Of a DNA stretch of 57,049 nt, positions 39,789 through 52,975 are shown in pieces. The notes under the pieces were generated by a model that worked only from the letters and a program-made list of their open reading frames with translations, had not been told where the DNA came from and did not search any database. A program made the translations under genes and the position numbers. Source of the stretch: Vicugna vicugna (lineage: Eukaryota); assembly GCA_013265495.1 (NCBI GenBank), contig MU058665.1, positions 1 to 57,049 on the forward strand, read 5' to 3'. Each line of letters opens with the position of its first letter. The first letter of the stretch is position 1.

Positions 39789-40052
39789 TTAGCTTACACT
39801 ATATGGAACAGTGGGTTGTTTTCCCTGGTATAATCCATTTTTTGAAGTTTGCAGCTCAACACATTTTTTTTCATTATTTTGGATTCTCCGTAGTGCAAGG
39901 CCAAATGTGTCCTTCTTTCAACATTTGCAGAAAATCTTATCGTGGGCATATTGTATGTGACTATCACCTTCATTTTTATTTTCTACTTACATGCTTTTAT
40001 CTCCACTGCAAAGCCTCTCATTATCACTACTATTTTAAATTTTTGATTATCC
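39789..40052 (-). pseudogene. Relic A exon: DNQKFK(fs)NSSDNERLCSGDKSM*VENKNEGDSHIQYAHDKIFCKC*KKDTFGLALRRIQNNEKKCVELQTSKNGLYQGKQPTVPYSVS*
   Basis: Acceptor ttttaattcttcag; donor gtaaga; one frameshift in an A-run. Confidence 0.6.
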
Positions 40053-40096
40053 CTGAAGAATTAAAAATCATTTTTGGAATACAGCTAGTACAATAG

Positions 40097-40597
40097 TGTG
40101 ACAGATTGCACTATTGACCCCAATTCTTCTCTCCTTCCTTCATCTACAACTTTTGTCATGTGACTTTGGAGTTCTTCTTAACTCTGGGTTCAGCCAAGTG
40201 CCTTGCTTTGGCCAACTGAGGCAGATATGAAGTGTGCCAGGTCAGAACCCAGGCCTTAATAGGTCTTATCCTTTTTGACAGGCATTCATGTGCTTTCATC
40301 ACTGCTACCGGAAGAATATTCCTGGATAATCTGCTGTCCCAAGGTGAATAGGAGACACACACCACAAACTCAAAGAGCTGGAGCGTTAAACAGACTTCTC
40401 TGGCTATTGTAGGCTGGATTAGCTAACCCAGAGACATGGAAGAGAGCCCAGCTGAGATCAGCAGAGACACACCAGCCCCAATCTAAATAAGACCCCCCTT
40501 TTATCCCTCATGTAAGTGAACTAAGTAGACTGTTGATGTCACTGAGATTTTTTGTGACTGTTACACAGCATTATTGCAGCAATAGCTAACTGGTACA
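40097..40597 (+). mobile_element. MaLR LTR (MLT1H/G-like)
   Basis: TG...CA termini; end ttgttacacagcattattgcagcaatagctaactggtaca-like. Confidence 0.8.
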
Positions 40598-40604
40598 CAT
40601 TGCA

Positions 40605-40628
40605 TGTGTGTGTGTGTGTGTGTGTGTG
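40605..40628. repeat. (TG)n microsatellite
   Basis: About 12 TG units. Confidence 0.95.
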
Positions 40629-41844
40629 TTTTCTTCAGCTAGCTTGCTATTTTAAATTCTGTTGCCTGATTGTTACTCATTGCCTAAAATAGGGCTAAAG
40701 TATTAATAAATATTAATCCACAAATAAATGGATTTTATTTGTTAAGATGAGAACTCCAATGACCCCAATTCAAGCCTTAGCTCCAGAATCTATCATCCAT
40801 ACGATGTTGTGAATGATCTTTTATCACTCTGTACTTGGTTTTCATCATCTATCGACAGTGGATGTTTGAGCATTTGGCCTCAAGCCCAGCCTCACAATCC
40901 TTAATCCAACTACTCTCTTTGGGTATGATCAATTAATGATATCTATCATTACCACAAGGCTGGAAAAAAGAAGTTAATTACCTGCCAGGTGTTTGCCTTC
41001 CCTCCTCTAAACCTAACATGAACTATCACCTATTTACCTACTCATTTTCATGGCAAACAACTCATAACTCCCACACCCCATATTACTTAAATTAAAAGTT
41101 ATAAAGATCAAATATAATATTATGAATAAGCAAGTCAATAGCATTTACAAAAACACCAGATTTAGAATCCTAGTCTCACACTATGGTCCACAAAGATCAT
41201 TTCACCCCGTGCTCTTCTTTCACACGTGACAATACTGAGAATTCAAAATATTAAACAGTAACCCCATGGCGACACATTTATTTAGTAGCAAAACCCAACC
41301 TAGGAAGCTCCTCCTTATCAACAGTCTGACACTGTAACCAGGAGGCCTCTCTAAATCTCCTGTGGCCTTTAAGCCATTTCCATGATTTTACTAACTACTG
41401 CTTTATGGAGCTTCTGTCCTAATTTATAGCCTTTTTTTCAACAGAGTAATGGTAATGAAAATGAAAGGATTTTCCACATGTGGGAAATAAACTCACAGTT
41501 AACCAGTAAACCCACATTTTCTACATTACTGAATATAAAAATCAAAGACTTAAAAGAGTGCAGTATCTTCCAGTGTTTCATTAAAAGTTAAAGTGTCCTA
41601 ACATCTTTTTTTTTCTTGCTTGCTTTAATTAACCAACTCACTAAAGTATATGTAAATCTTACTTCAAATGTAACTCTTCATTTGAGTTCCCAGGAACAAA
41701 AGACTATATAAGAATTCCATATAAACTTAAATTTGTAATTCTCCCATGAGAAAAAAAAAAGAGATTCTGATATGTGTCTTTAAAAGTGTGGAATAGGACA
41801 GCCTCTTAGAATTACTCTCAGAAGTCAGTAAAAAGAAAAATTAC

Positions 41845-41976
41845 TTGTTACAGGTTTTGGAATAAAGAGGCACCAAAAAAGATCAATTAAGAGCTTCACT
41901 GTTTACTTCATCCAGTATATGGCTCCTGAATTTGATCACCTCAGGAATAGGGTTCATGTCTCCACTCGATGTAACA
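41845..41976 (-). pseudogene. Relic A exon: VTSSGDMNPIPEVIKFRSHILDEVNSEALN*SFLVPLYSKTCN
   Basis: Acceptor tttctccctttaaatcag; donor gtaatt; 132 bp, phase 2>2. Confidence 0.6.
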
Positions 41977-42058
41977 CTGATTTAAAGGGAGAAATAAATT
42001 TATTGTTAATGAGATGTGGAGATAACCCCTGGGGAGGTTAAGTGATGTTACAGTCAAC

Positions 42059-42326
42059 CTGTCAGGATGCCTCATTGACTTCAAGATACAGAAAGACCTT
42101 TCAAACATAGAGGATGCTGAATCAGGTGTGGTACCGGAGTCAGCGAGGCAATGGTGCGTCAAACAAGGAGTCGAAGCAACACCACAAGTCAGCTCACACG
42201 TGTAAGAAAACTTGTTTTCTGGTATAAGGTTCCCAAAGTGTTTCAGCTTGCCAGCTAAAGTTTTCCGATTATATTTATATCAGACTACTGTTTTCCAATT
42301 AATTCTAACTGATTTAGTTTCCCTTC
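42059..42326 (-). pseudogene. Relic A exon: EGKLNQLELIGKQ*SDINII(fs)KTLAGKLKHFGNLIPENKFSYTCELTC...KSMRHPD
   Basis: Acceptor atttttgcag; donor CAG|gttgac; one 1-bp frameshift; 82-bp intron to the next exon. Confidence 0.55.
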
Positions 42327-42466
42327 CTGCAAAAATCTGTGCTTGGGCACGAGTGAATGCGTGTGTTCACGCTGAGGCATGTGCAGCACAAATAGGTTCC
42401 AATCGTGCACTATCCTCCCTGCTTCTGTAATGTACCATTCCTATGGATTTGACGCTAACTGCACAG

Positions 42467-42695
42467 AGCTGATGCTCAAGAGGTGCATCCTTTTGCTCCA
42501 TGGCCACCATCTGGAGCTACCATCAAAGCCAGCTAGCCCATGGACTTACTGTTGATAGCCTTGCAAACCAGACTAGAAAGAGAAGAGGGTCTAGTAAATC
42601 GGGGCCAATACTGGAAACGCTGTGCAACTAAAATGCAGTGGACCTTTTGAAAGTACCCAGTATTCGCCAAAAGCTGTGTTGGGTATTGGAGACAG
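42467..42695 (+). pseudogene. Relic B exon: S*CSRGASFCSMATIWSYHQSQLAHGLTVDSLANQTRKRRGSSKSGPILETLCN*NAVDLLKVPSIRQKLCWVLET
   Basis: Branch-like gctaac followed by cacag acceptor; donor CAG|gtgaat; phase 0>1. Confidence 0.5.
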
Positions 42696-43657
42696 GTGAA
42701 TAAGGCACAACGTCGAAGCTCCGAGTCTGCAGGCTAGTGAAGAACTGTCACAGGCTGCCCTGATGGCACGTCAGCAGGGTTGGCCTGATCCATGAAGAGT
42801 GGGAAGCCGGTAAGAGTTCGGAAGGCTCCCAGGGCAGAATGAAGCGGGACTTTCATCCTCCCCAGCAGGGACTGATGGTGGGAGGACGACGCGTAGTGGG
42901 TCTTCAGTGACCATCTGCCTCTCACAGCTGCTCCTGTAGACGGTTTGAGACTGTTCGGCATGTAATCAGCCCAGAAATCACACTCATATTTCTCCTGCCT
43001 CCTCAGTCACGAAGAAAGCAAATTATCTTTGCTTAACTTGTTCTGATGATAACCTCTTACATGGATCTTCTGTGATTATTCTCTTCTTAAATATATTTTA
43101 AACTGTATTTAAGTTTTTAAATTATAAAATATTGTGTATATGTTATGTGAAGTTTGGACTCTCAAGTATAAAGCAGAAAATTTTAAATGATTCATAATTC
43201 TAACAGTCAAAGAAAATCACTATTGATATATCCTTACTCATCTGGTCATTCATTTGTACTTCAACAGACGTCACGAAGGGCTTACTGTGTGTTCCAAGTG
43301 CTGGCTCCTGGAGTTCTGCCTTGCATAAATATACATAAAAATGTATCTTTCACAAAACTGGGATCACGCTGTGCGGCTCTATTAGCTTCTATTTTCACTT
43401 GTCAATATGTGGTGAGTACTTTAATGTATCGTTAAGCATTCTTGTTACATTTATGAAGAAATTCAGGGTCTCGTTTTAGCACTCCCCGTCATGGTGGACT
43501 GTCCAGAATCTCATGTCCACTGGGAAGGGCTGTCTCTATGCATCATTTTCAACCTCAAAAATCTACAATGGTCAGAGCTAAAAATACCTTCGTGGAAATG
43601 AGGAGGAAGCTCCTTGAAAACAAGGATTATGCATCATTCTTCTTTTGACTCCTACAA

Positions 43658-44289
43658 TATACTACACAAACTCATGTAAAAATTGAGAAATGAAATTCTG
43701 ATGACTACCAATTTTTCATTTTTATTTAATCTTCTACTTTGTAGTACTCATATTATCTTGTATCTACCATGCTTTTTTTTTATCATAGAAACCACTGCTT
43801 CAATACACTCTTTAACAATTAATCTGTCTAGTTTCCATCCTCTTTTTGCCTATTCCAGACAAGACAGCATGCTCCAAATTTCAGCTTGTCTTGTTATTTA
43901 AAAAGTAAGATACCCTCTTCTTCTAACATTCACTTCTGTTTAGCTGTCTGCACCATCCAGCCCTGACTAAACTAGTATACTACACAAACTCATGTAAAAA
44001 TTGAGAAACGAAATTCTGATGACTACCAATTTTTCATTTTATTTAATCTTCTACTTGTAGTACTCATATTATCTTGTATCTACCATGCTTTTTTTTATCA
44101 TAGAAAACACTGCTTCAATACACTCTTTAACAATTAATCTGTCTAGTTTCCATCCTCTTTTTGCCTATTCCAGGCAAGACAGCATGCTCCAAATTTCAGC
44201 TGGTCTTGTTATTTGAAAAGTAAGGTACCCTCTTCTTCTAATATTCACTTCTGTTTAGCTGTCTGCACCATCCAGCCCTGACTAAACTA
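43658..44289. repeat. Tandem duplication of a 318-bp unit (43658-43975 and 43976-44289)
   Basis: tatactacacaaactcatgtaaaaattgagaaa at 43658 and 43976; few substitutions and indels. Confidence 0.97.
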
Positions 44290-45361
44290 TAAACTCTATG
44301 AGGGAAGGGACAAGGGCCATGTAGATTATCACCACATCACCTGTGTCTGGCATATAGCAAGTGCTTAATAATTAGCTGAGAGAGGAAGGAATACATTGTC
44401 CAGGAGGAAAGTGAATGTTCTGGACCACGGTAGTAGTATTAGTAGTTGGGCTAGAAAGATATGCCAGAGGTTTACAAGATACCTGGATATATGATGACCC
44501 TGCCCACAGGGATCTATCTACAACAAGACATGCCCCCCAGCCCCCAGTAACCTTCTTCTTCCTCACCTCTGTCTCCAGTCTCCGGTACTCCAGCCAACCA
44601 CATTTGGAGAACTTGTTCTTTCCCTAAAAGGAGACCTGTGCTGAAGATAATTTAAAAAACCTTTATGGGGTTTCTTTATCTAGATTCCTGACTCACACAG
44701 CAATCTCTCACTCCTGACCTGTTGTGCACTTTGAAAGAAGAGGGGGACATTGACACTGAGTGTCATGGCTCCAAACAGTGGTTTCTGGCTCTGTCCTCAT
44801 TTTTCATGGCTGGGAGCACCCTGACTCTGGACTGGTGTCCTACTCAGCTTGGAAAACAGGACTGATGTGAGGGAGGGAGCACGGGCTGCAGTGTCATTAA
44901 GCCCCACATGTGAAACTTGACTTCACGGTTACTCAACATAAAACACTCGTCTGCCAACTTTTCTGACCCTCGAATCAACATCAAACAGAAGGTGATGGGG
45001 ATTTGCCATAGGTTGTTGTGAAAATGAAAATAATGTGCATCTGATGTATAGCAGGAAAACAAGAAATATTAATCCACTTTCTATGTCACGATGACCATCA
45101 ATATCTGCCGATTTCCAGGCCTGCCAGACTTGCCCTCAGTTATTATTCAGAGCGCTAGTCTTGTCTTGCTCTCGGAATCTGTGACTCACCACTGCCCACA
45201 CTTCCGCCCAACGGTAACTGTGCAGAACTGACTCACTACAGCCACGTGACATGTTTCAGAAATTACCCTAAAATGCGAGCAAACCAAACTCAAAAGGCTA
45301 AGACATCGGAGAAATCAATCTGGTATATTTTCAGGAGTGATTATTCAGATCTTGTATTTAC

Positions 45362-45471
45362 CTTCGAAATCAAATAAGTCAACAGTTCAAGCATGTTCCA
45401 GTTAATGTTGTTTGACTTGACTGCTCTATTTTGTGATGGTCAAGAGAAGACCGTGATTAATACTGTCATGT
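45362..45471 (-). pseudogene. Relic A exon: DMTVLITVFS*PSQNRAVKSNNINWNMLELLTYLISK
   Basis: Acceptor aatttttcag; donor AAG|gtaaat; 110 bp, phase 1>0. Confidence 0.6.
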
Positions 45472-45949
45472 CTGAAAAATTGCAGTTATATTGTCTCTGT
45501 CAATTTTATATTACTGGTACATAATATGTTTTACCATCTTAACCATTTGTAAGTGTTAAGTGTATTCAAACTGATATTCAAAATCAGATTTATTTATGGT
45601 CTCAGAGGGTAACACATGTAACACATTGATTTTGGTTGTCTTTGTGGTTTCTCTAAGAACATGGAAAATATACAGAGAGTAAATTTGTTTCTAATAACTT
45701 AATTTGACTTTAAAAAATAATGATGAAAATTAAAAGAAGGCTCATGAATTTAAATTGTGATTGCAATTTGAATTCCCTTATTAAATATATCTTTGAATTT
45801 GGAAAATACATAGTTTGAAGGAGGAAATTTAAAAAAAGAATGATCTCAAATAAAGCACAGTTAAAGAACTTTTGAGAGTTTAGCCAAGAGAATCTTTGTG
45901 TCTTCTCTAAAATTCTTAAATATCATTTAATTGGCGTGTTTAAAATTAA

Positions 45950-46014
45950 CATGAGGATTGGACTTCAAGAACTGAAAAAGCACTTCATCTTTCAATTTTC
46001 CAAAAGGGTGCACC
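45950..46014 (-). pseudogene. Relic A exon: VHPFGKLKDEVLFQFLKSNPH
   Basis: Acceptor tatcacctacag; open frame; donor decayed (G|ttaatt). Confidence 0.55.
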
Positions 46015-46251
46015 CTGTAGGTGATACAGATAATTATAGAGTAACCCGTATGTGGATACTAATATGTGTACATCATTTCTACTTGTACAAAATGGTCATC
46101 ACAAGCCAAGGGAGACTGGGCCAGTCTACCAGGAAACATTTTAACCATAGAAAGGTTAATTTGAGTGAAGTCAAACTCTTTCTTGATCTCATTTTTAGTG
46201 TCATTTAGAAATCCTTTCTTAAAAAGCAAAACAAAAAACACACATTTATTT

Positions 46252-46361
46252 GGGCAGGGAGGGAAATAGCTCAGTGGCAGAGCACATGCTTAGCATGCAC
46301 GACACCCTGGGTTCAATCCCCAGTACCTCCTTTAAATTAAAAATTAATTAATTGAAAAAAA
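46252..46361 (+). mobile_element. tRNA-derived SINE, camelid type
   Basis: A box tagctcagtgg, B box ggttcaatcc, A-rich tail; TSD agaaatcctttc at 46207-46218 and 46362-46373. Confidence 0.85.
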
Positions 46362-46545
46362 AGAAATCCTTTCCAAATCCTCCCTGCCCCCAACATCAGC
46401 CCTCCAAGCTTACCGCAGGACAGAGCTAACTGAGATGGTCTACCCTTAATTATGGGAGAACTTATTTTCATGTTTGTTTGTTTTCCTCCGATGCTGTTAT
46501 CATAAAGTCAGTCCAGGTGACAAGACATAGGTTTTCAATACGCAC

Positions 46546-46613
46546 GATGAAACTTTGGCTGAGCTCTTTCATCTGACTGTTTTCTCCCATATATAGACTC
46601 AGCTACCATCACT
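46546..46613 (-). pseudogene. Relic A exon: SDGS*VYIWEKTVR*KSSAKVS
   Basis: Acceptor ttttcaccactag; donor gtgcgt; 68 bp, phase 0>2. Confidence 0.55.
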
Positions 46614-47734
46614 CTAGTGGTGAAAATTAGGCAAATAGCCCATTGTTTTGTTTTCTTTTCGATTTTTGTTTCTATTGTTTTTCCTCTCCTAGGGTCTGTC
46701 CCAAGTGCATAGTTTCCCAAATTCATTACTTTAATTTATCATCCTAGCTAACTTCACACCTTTTTCTCTTCCTACATAATAGATTCCTCTAATCGGTCTC
46801 CCTCAACAGCTCAATCAGGTCTGACAGCTCTACACTCAAACTCTACACTCAAATAGTTACTTAAACTTATTCCTCCAACAACAGTTTATGATGGTGAGTG
46901 TTTTCCTAAACTCTGCTAGAAATAGGTATTTGCAAACTTTATACAGTTTTGACAATCTGATAATTTTTTTAAAAACAGTATTTCAGTGCTTGAAATAATC
47001 TTCTTTTAATTACCAGAAAGGTTCATGTTCTCATATCTTTTTATTTATTTTTGGTCATTTTTTCCTTTTCTCAAAATTATTTTCCATTCTTTGCTCATTT
47101 TTCTAATAATTACTTTATATTTCTTTTCCAACTGGTTTTTACGAGCTTATCACAAATAAATATAGGACACTAGAACTTTTTAATTTTGAGAAAAATAATA
47201 TATTTGCAACAAGTTTTGAGTGTTGGGTTTTTTTCCTGGAGTGTAGGATGCCTTTTATAAATGTAAACCAAGTTCTTCATTAAAATTGGTTTTTTCTAAT
47301 ATATATTTAAATACCTTTTGTCCTACTATTTTTATAGTGTTTTCTTTTTAATTTCAAGGACATTAAAAATGTATAATAATTTGTTTTTATCCCCATAATG
47401 TTGTCTCATCTCTGTATCTAATGTCAGCATCTTTATCTTTTCCTGTCTCTGAATTCAGTGCAATTATCTCCAAACTCTCCTTTGTTATTAAGTTAGTGTT
47501 CAACTGTTTCTATTCTGATCCTTGATTTCTTAAGTTTTTAGTTAGTCCTGAATATATTTTTTGAATCATTGTTTCCTTAGCTCTTTCATTTCCATTTTTA
47601 TCTTATTCTGTGGGCACACACATAGGTATGCACACTCTGAAGGTTTCTGTTTTATTTGATTCATGTTCCTATTAACTTTAATAACATAAAGTCAGCCCAA
47701 GAGAGTTCCTTTTTGTTTGTTTCTTTATTTTGAC

Positions 47735-47920
47735 CTGGTTTTGTTTCAGGGGTGTGTCCAATACCATCCAGAGTTGACCATTCTTTTGTCTTGGCTTGCC
47801 TGGTGTCTTTTCAAAATCATATTTTGCTATGGTATGTTCATGTAGTTTTCATGGTTTCTCTGTTGTTTTTCCTTTGCCAGTTCGAATGACAACTTTAACA
47901 GCAGTGTACAAAAATCTAAT
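47735..47920 (-). pseudogene. Relic A exon: IRFLYTAVKVVIRTGKGKTTEKP*KLHEHTIAKYDFEKTPGKPRQKNGQLWMVLDTPLKQNQ
   Basis: Acceptor aatctttcaag; donor CAG|gtcaaa; 186 bp, phase 0>0; one TGA. Confidence 0.55.
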
Positions 47921-48362
47921 CTTGAAAGATTAAATATGTCAGTATAATAAGAGAAAAATTTATTGATGTTTATGCTCACTACCAAAAATAAGATGCCAAA
48001 GAAAAATGTCATTCCTGACTTTAAGATTAAAAACTAATATGCATTTTTACTTCAAGTTTTAATATGCAGGCTCTGTGAAACAGTCCACTTTTAACCCAGA
48101 GAACATTATGGGGAACATTTGTATTAATGCTTCTATTTATAAATGGTGTCGCTTCCAGTCTGCAAAACTAAAATTATTCCTGATGCATACTGGGAGAAAA
48201 TGGACAACCAGATTTGGTCATAAATCAAGGACTTTTTTCCCTCACTTTGGTATCATTACCCTAAGCTGCCAACATCATGTATTTCTCAGTATACACTACA
48301 TTCATGGGCCGGTAGGGGATTAGGAGACGGGGAAAGTGAACTTTAACTGAACTGATGATTAG

Positions 48363-48418
48363 AGAATATCGCTGGTCTCCTTCGGAAACTGATTTATGGT
48401 GCCTCATAGAGCAAAGCA
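48363..48418 (+). pseudogene. Relic B exon: ENIAGLLRKLIYGAS*SKA
   Basis: Weak AG acceptor; strong donor gtaagt; phase 1>0. Confidence 0.4.
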
Positions 48419-49470
48419 GTAAGTATTTTGTCTTTCTGGTTAAGGGGTGGTGTTTATTTTACTGAGTAGTCCTTTTGTTATGATTAGATATTTCAGCAAA
48501 TTTCAAAACACTTTCAAAATGCTTAACTTTTTTTTTTCACTTCATGTGACTAAGAAGTGGTATATTTGTAAATAACCACCATGTCTGCTGGTTTTTTTTT
48601 TTATCAATAATCACTAATATTTTAGCAGTTTAACCAGCTTGATGTAGCCAGTGCTATACCTGCATCTGAAGCATAAGAGAGAGTGTACTCATTCACCTGA
48701 CTGATGGGTAGTCTAATTTTACTATCATTACTAAAAGTCCTTTACAGTTCTTAGCCTAACTACGACGGTAGGGATTACTGCTAACAAAATTAAAATAATT
48801 CTCATCTGAAAACTGAGACCTTAAGCAAATGTGGATGTAGCAGAGGTACCCACAGTGGTCCTAGCTATGAGAGGATCCTTAGTTGGAATGACTGAACCAG
48901 TCACTGTTATCATCCCACGGGACCAAATTTGGTTCTAGGACTAGAGCCAAACCTCCTTCTGGTCTTCTTCTGCTGTCTGATTTCAACTACAGTAACAAGG
49001 TTGTCTTGAAAGGAAATTTAGTCTGAAACTCAACCCATCAGATTCTCAATCTAGAAAATGGTCAGAGCAATTTGGGACTAATTTGTTCTAATTTGGAGTA
49101 GATTTTTTTTCCTGTCAAGTGCGCACGTGCGCACACACAAACTACAAATTTAATTATGCTGCACATAATTGATCCAAAAAAACACATATTGTTAAATTTA
49201 CAATTTTTTTTACACAGCTTAGCTACAACATCTGCTCTTCATTTTGCCTGTTATTTTTTCTGGATTTGATTATCTTTCTTAAGCTTAAATTTTGTTTAAT
49301 CCTTTGAGTAATTCTTCTCTTTCCATCTAGGTTATTAGCTCCTCAAGGATAGATACTGCTGCATATACATTTTTTTTTAATTTAGGTAAAACATGACATA
49401 AAATTAATCATTTTAAGTGTACAGTTAAGTGTCATTTAGCATATTCATGGTGCTGTATAACCATCACCTC

Positions 49471-50162
49471 TGTACTGGGCTAGTACCAGCTCTGGCCAGA
49501 AATCTGACTTTGACTCAAGGGCAATTCTAATGCCAGCTCCATCCTGGAACCACCACTGCTGACCCATTTCTCGGCCTCTGCCTTGGCTTTAGTCTCAATA
49601 TGGCAGTGTTCGGGCATGGACTCAGCCTCTGCCTCACCCACAGCCTCAGGCTCTGCCCAAGATTCTGTTTTGCTTTCAAATACAGCATCCACCTCGGTCA
49701 GTTCTCTTGCCAGATGGACAACCCCACTTTGGGTCATTCTTTCCTCAGCTGCTGCCTAAATTTCACTGGGCGAGCCTCAGCGTAAGTTTGGGACACTACC
49801 TTTTTTGGCAACCATCCTTATTTCAGCCAATGACTCAGTCTGGCATCAGTCTTCCTGTGTCTCCATCTGACTCACTGCCTGTTTTGCCCTCAGCTGCAGC
49901 CATTGAGTTCAGCCTTCTCCTTACTTCAGCCTGTAACCCAGTGACATCTATCAGTAGCCACCCTCAGCCTGCAAGTGGCCCACTGCAATGGATAGTCAGC
50001 CCACTGATGCAGCTCATTCAACATCCACGGCCAACAGCAAGGACAGAAAGGGCATCTCAGGGTGGGATGAAGGATGGCAGGCAAGGCACTCCATCAGTGG
50101 AAGTGGTGATTTTCACTTCAGGTACTCAGACTGGCCACTGCTCTTTGAAAAGCACTGTAACA
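49471..50162 (-). mobile_element. Probable ERVL gag-like remnant with ctcagcct / Ala-Glu repeats
   Basis: GC-richer block between L1 pieces; minus-strand peptides WLLIDVTGLQAEVRRRL and ORF 49480-49737 loosely resemble the ERVL gag coiled coil. Confidence 0.35.
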
Positions 50163-50169
50163 GGTTAGG

Positions 50170-51850
50170 TCTCTTTCTTAGTTCAATTTTTCCTGCCCAA
50201 TGTTTGCTGTGTGTGTTTATTCTACTTTCATTTAAATAAAAGAGCTTCCACAATTATTTGTAGCAGTTTAGTTTACTACCAACTTAATGTCAATAATGTA
50301 TAAAATCTTTGCTCCTATATAGCTCCATCTGCCCTCCTTTATGCTGTTCTGGCACAATTTCAAATTTATACATTCTTTGACTACCAACAAAGATATATCA
50401 TAATTACTTTATGAAGTTGTTTTTTAAATCAGATAGGAAATACAAACACAAATACCTTTATGCTTTTATATATTTTCCTATGTAGTTACCTTTACCAGTG
50501 CTCTTTATTTTTTCATGTGGGTTTGAGTTACTGTCTAGTGCATTTTCCTGTCAGCCTGAACACTTTCCTTTAGTGTTTCCACAGGGTAGACTGCTAACAG
50601 CACTTGTCTCAGTTTTGGTTTTATTTTTATCCCAGGAGTATCTTGATTTCCTCATTTTTAAGGACAGACCTGCTGCGTATCAAACTTTTGGTGAGAGAGT
50701 GGTTTGTTTCCGTCAGTTCTGTGAATACGGCATCTCGTTGCCTTCTGACCTCCATATTCCCTGATGAGAAGTCAGCTGTTTATTTATTGAGGATCCCTTA
50801 TACACAGTGAACTGCTTCTCCCTTGCTGTTTTCAAGACTCTCTGCCTTTGGCTTTCAACAGTTTGATCATGACGGGTCTAGTTACAGAGTTCTGAGCTTA
50901 TGCTTTTTAGATTTTACTGTATTTCTTGAATGTGTGGATTAAGTATTTTCATCAAATGTGTGAAACGTTCAGCTATTATTTCCTCAGATGTTCTTTTTAC
51001 CCTCTTCGTTTTCCTCCTTCTGGGATTCCCATTTGGTACACGTTTGTCTTCTTCATGGTTTCCACAGATTTCTGAGTCTGTTCACTTTCCTTCATTGGTT
51101 TTCTTTCTGTTCTTCACACTGGACATGCTTAGTTGACTTATCTTCAAGTTCACTGATTCTTTCTTCCAATAGCCCAAATCAGATGTTTGTCTCTTTTGTA
51201 AATTTTTCATTTCAGTTTTCATACTTTTCAACTCCAGAATTTAAATTTGCATACTTTTTATACTTTCTATCACTTTACTGATATTCCCTATTTGGTAAGA
51301 TATTTATTATATTTTTCTTTAGTTCAGTAGAAGTATTCTTTAGCTCTTTAAACAGATTTTAAGTGTTTTCAAGTCATTGCCTAGTAACACCAATGTTTGG
51401 GATTTCTTAGGGGCAATTTCTATTAGTTGCCTTTTTTCCTGTGTATGGACCATACCTTCTTGTTTCTTTGTATATCTCACAATTTTTTGAAAAGTGTACA
51501 TTTTAAATAATATAATGTGACACTGAAATCTCCACGGAGTTAACTTACTGGTCAGATAATTGGATAGGTTTCTTTAAACACCTGAAGCCCATAAATCTCC
51601 TGGTATTTGCACCCATGCACTCTGTGGTTTTTGGTAGAAATTTTTAACACTCTTTCACACAGTTTACAACTTTGCCTTGCACAGAGCCCCAAGATCAGCT
51701 GGAGATGACATTTTATAGACCTCTCAAGTCTTTACAGCCCTAGGTCTTCTAGGGTCCCAAGAATACACTGGAGGTTTTCAAAGTCCTTTCGACATCTCCT
51801 TTCAAGATTTTGGTTAGTTTACTGTTTTTTTCAAGTGTTATCCATTGTTC
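50170..51850 (-). mobile_element. Old L1M ORF1/5' region fragment
   Basis: Pyrimidine-rich antisense L1 motifs (ctgatgagaagtcagctgtttatttattgaggatccctt). Confidence 0.8.
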
Positions 51851-52119
51851 TAAACTGAACAAACAATTCTCAAAAAGGAAGACTTTCTACCTGACTTCAA
51901 GGGTCACTTCCTCTACGTAAAATTTAAAAGAAGCAAAGCCTCTGAACTTAGATCTACTTTCCAAATCAGAGAACCAAAACTAAATTACAGAAATTCCAGG
52001 AAAAACTATTCATCATCTAGTAGCTGATGAAACTTCCCTACTTTTTATATACCATGTATATTGGAGTTGTTTATATTAAATAATGTGAATTTTATTTCTA
52101 CCCACACTGTTTATACTCC

Positions 52120-52247
52120 CGCTTAAGCATTTATGAACAACTGATAGCAAAAAGGACCTTCACTCAGCTCATTTGACCTCAATAAACACATCTTTATAGA
52201 CAAGTGGACACACAGGCTTAAGGTTTCACTTTGAACACCCAACCATA
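52120..52247 (-). pseudogene. Relic A exon: VWLGVQSETLSLCVHLSIKMCLLRSNELSEGPFCYQLFINA*A
   Basis: Acceptor ttctgtgtcaag; decayed donor ggagtat; 128 bp, phase 1>0. Confidence 0.45.
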
Positions 52248-52329
52248 CTTGACACAGAATAGCATTTACATTGACAGCAATGACAATTACAGTGACCTCC
52301 TGGCAGGATGCCTTTCTGTGTCTGTGCCG

Positions 52330-52975
52330 CCACCAGCCTGGTCTGGCTACCATCGTGTCTTACTTGGGCAACTGAAGTAGCCTGTAAACTGATTTCACAG
52401 AACCACTCCTACCATTCTCAGCTCACTTTCTAAGGAATAACCAGGGAAATCCTTTAAAATACATAACTGATCATTCCACATTTCTTCTTGAAGGTGTTCA
52501 GAAGATCCTCATTGCTCTCAAGTATGATGATCTGGCAAGGACCTGAATCAGTCACCCCAATCTACTTCACTAGCTTGATTTTATGCCACCTTCACTGCAT
52601 TTTCTAACAGCAAACCTCACACTGATGTTTCTGTTCTCCTAACACAAGCTAATTTTTCCTATCTCAGAACATTTGAACATGGTCTTTCCTCTGCTTGGAG
52701 CTGGTTCCCTCTGTGTCCAATTAATTCTAACTCAACCTTCAGAGTTCATCTGAAGTGTCACCTTCTCAAAGTAACCTTCATTTTCTGCCTAATCCAGATC
52801 AGAACTTCGTCCTTCTTAGCAACACCACAACTGTAAACAATCGATGGCATGCTTTGTTGTCTGTATCTGTTTTCCTCCAAAATAATCAAGCTCCTCAGAT
52901 GCTGGGACTCACCTTGGCCATTACCGTGCTCCTACTTCCAGCACAGAGAAGTTATCAGTAACTGTTGAGTGGAAT
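52330..52975 (+). mobile_element. L2 LINE 3' fragment
   Basis: ctcaaccttcagagttcatctgaagtgtcaccttctca and an L2-like terminus. Confidence 0.7.

Noticed and set aside
46255..46330. tRNA gene
   Set aside because: It has A and B boxes, but the A-rich tail and TSD mark it as a tRNA-derived SINE.
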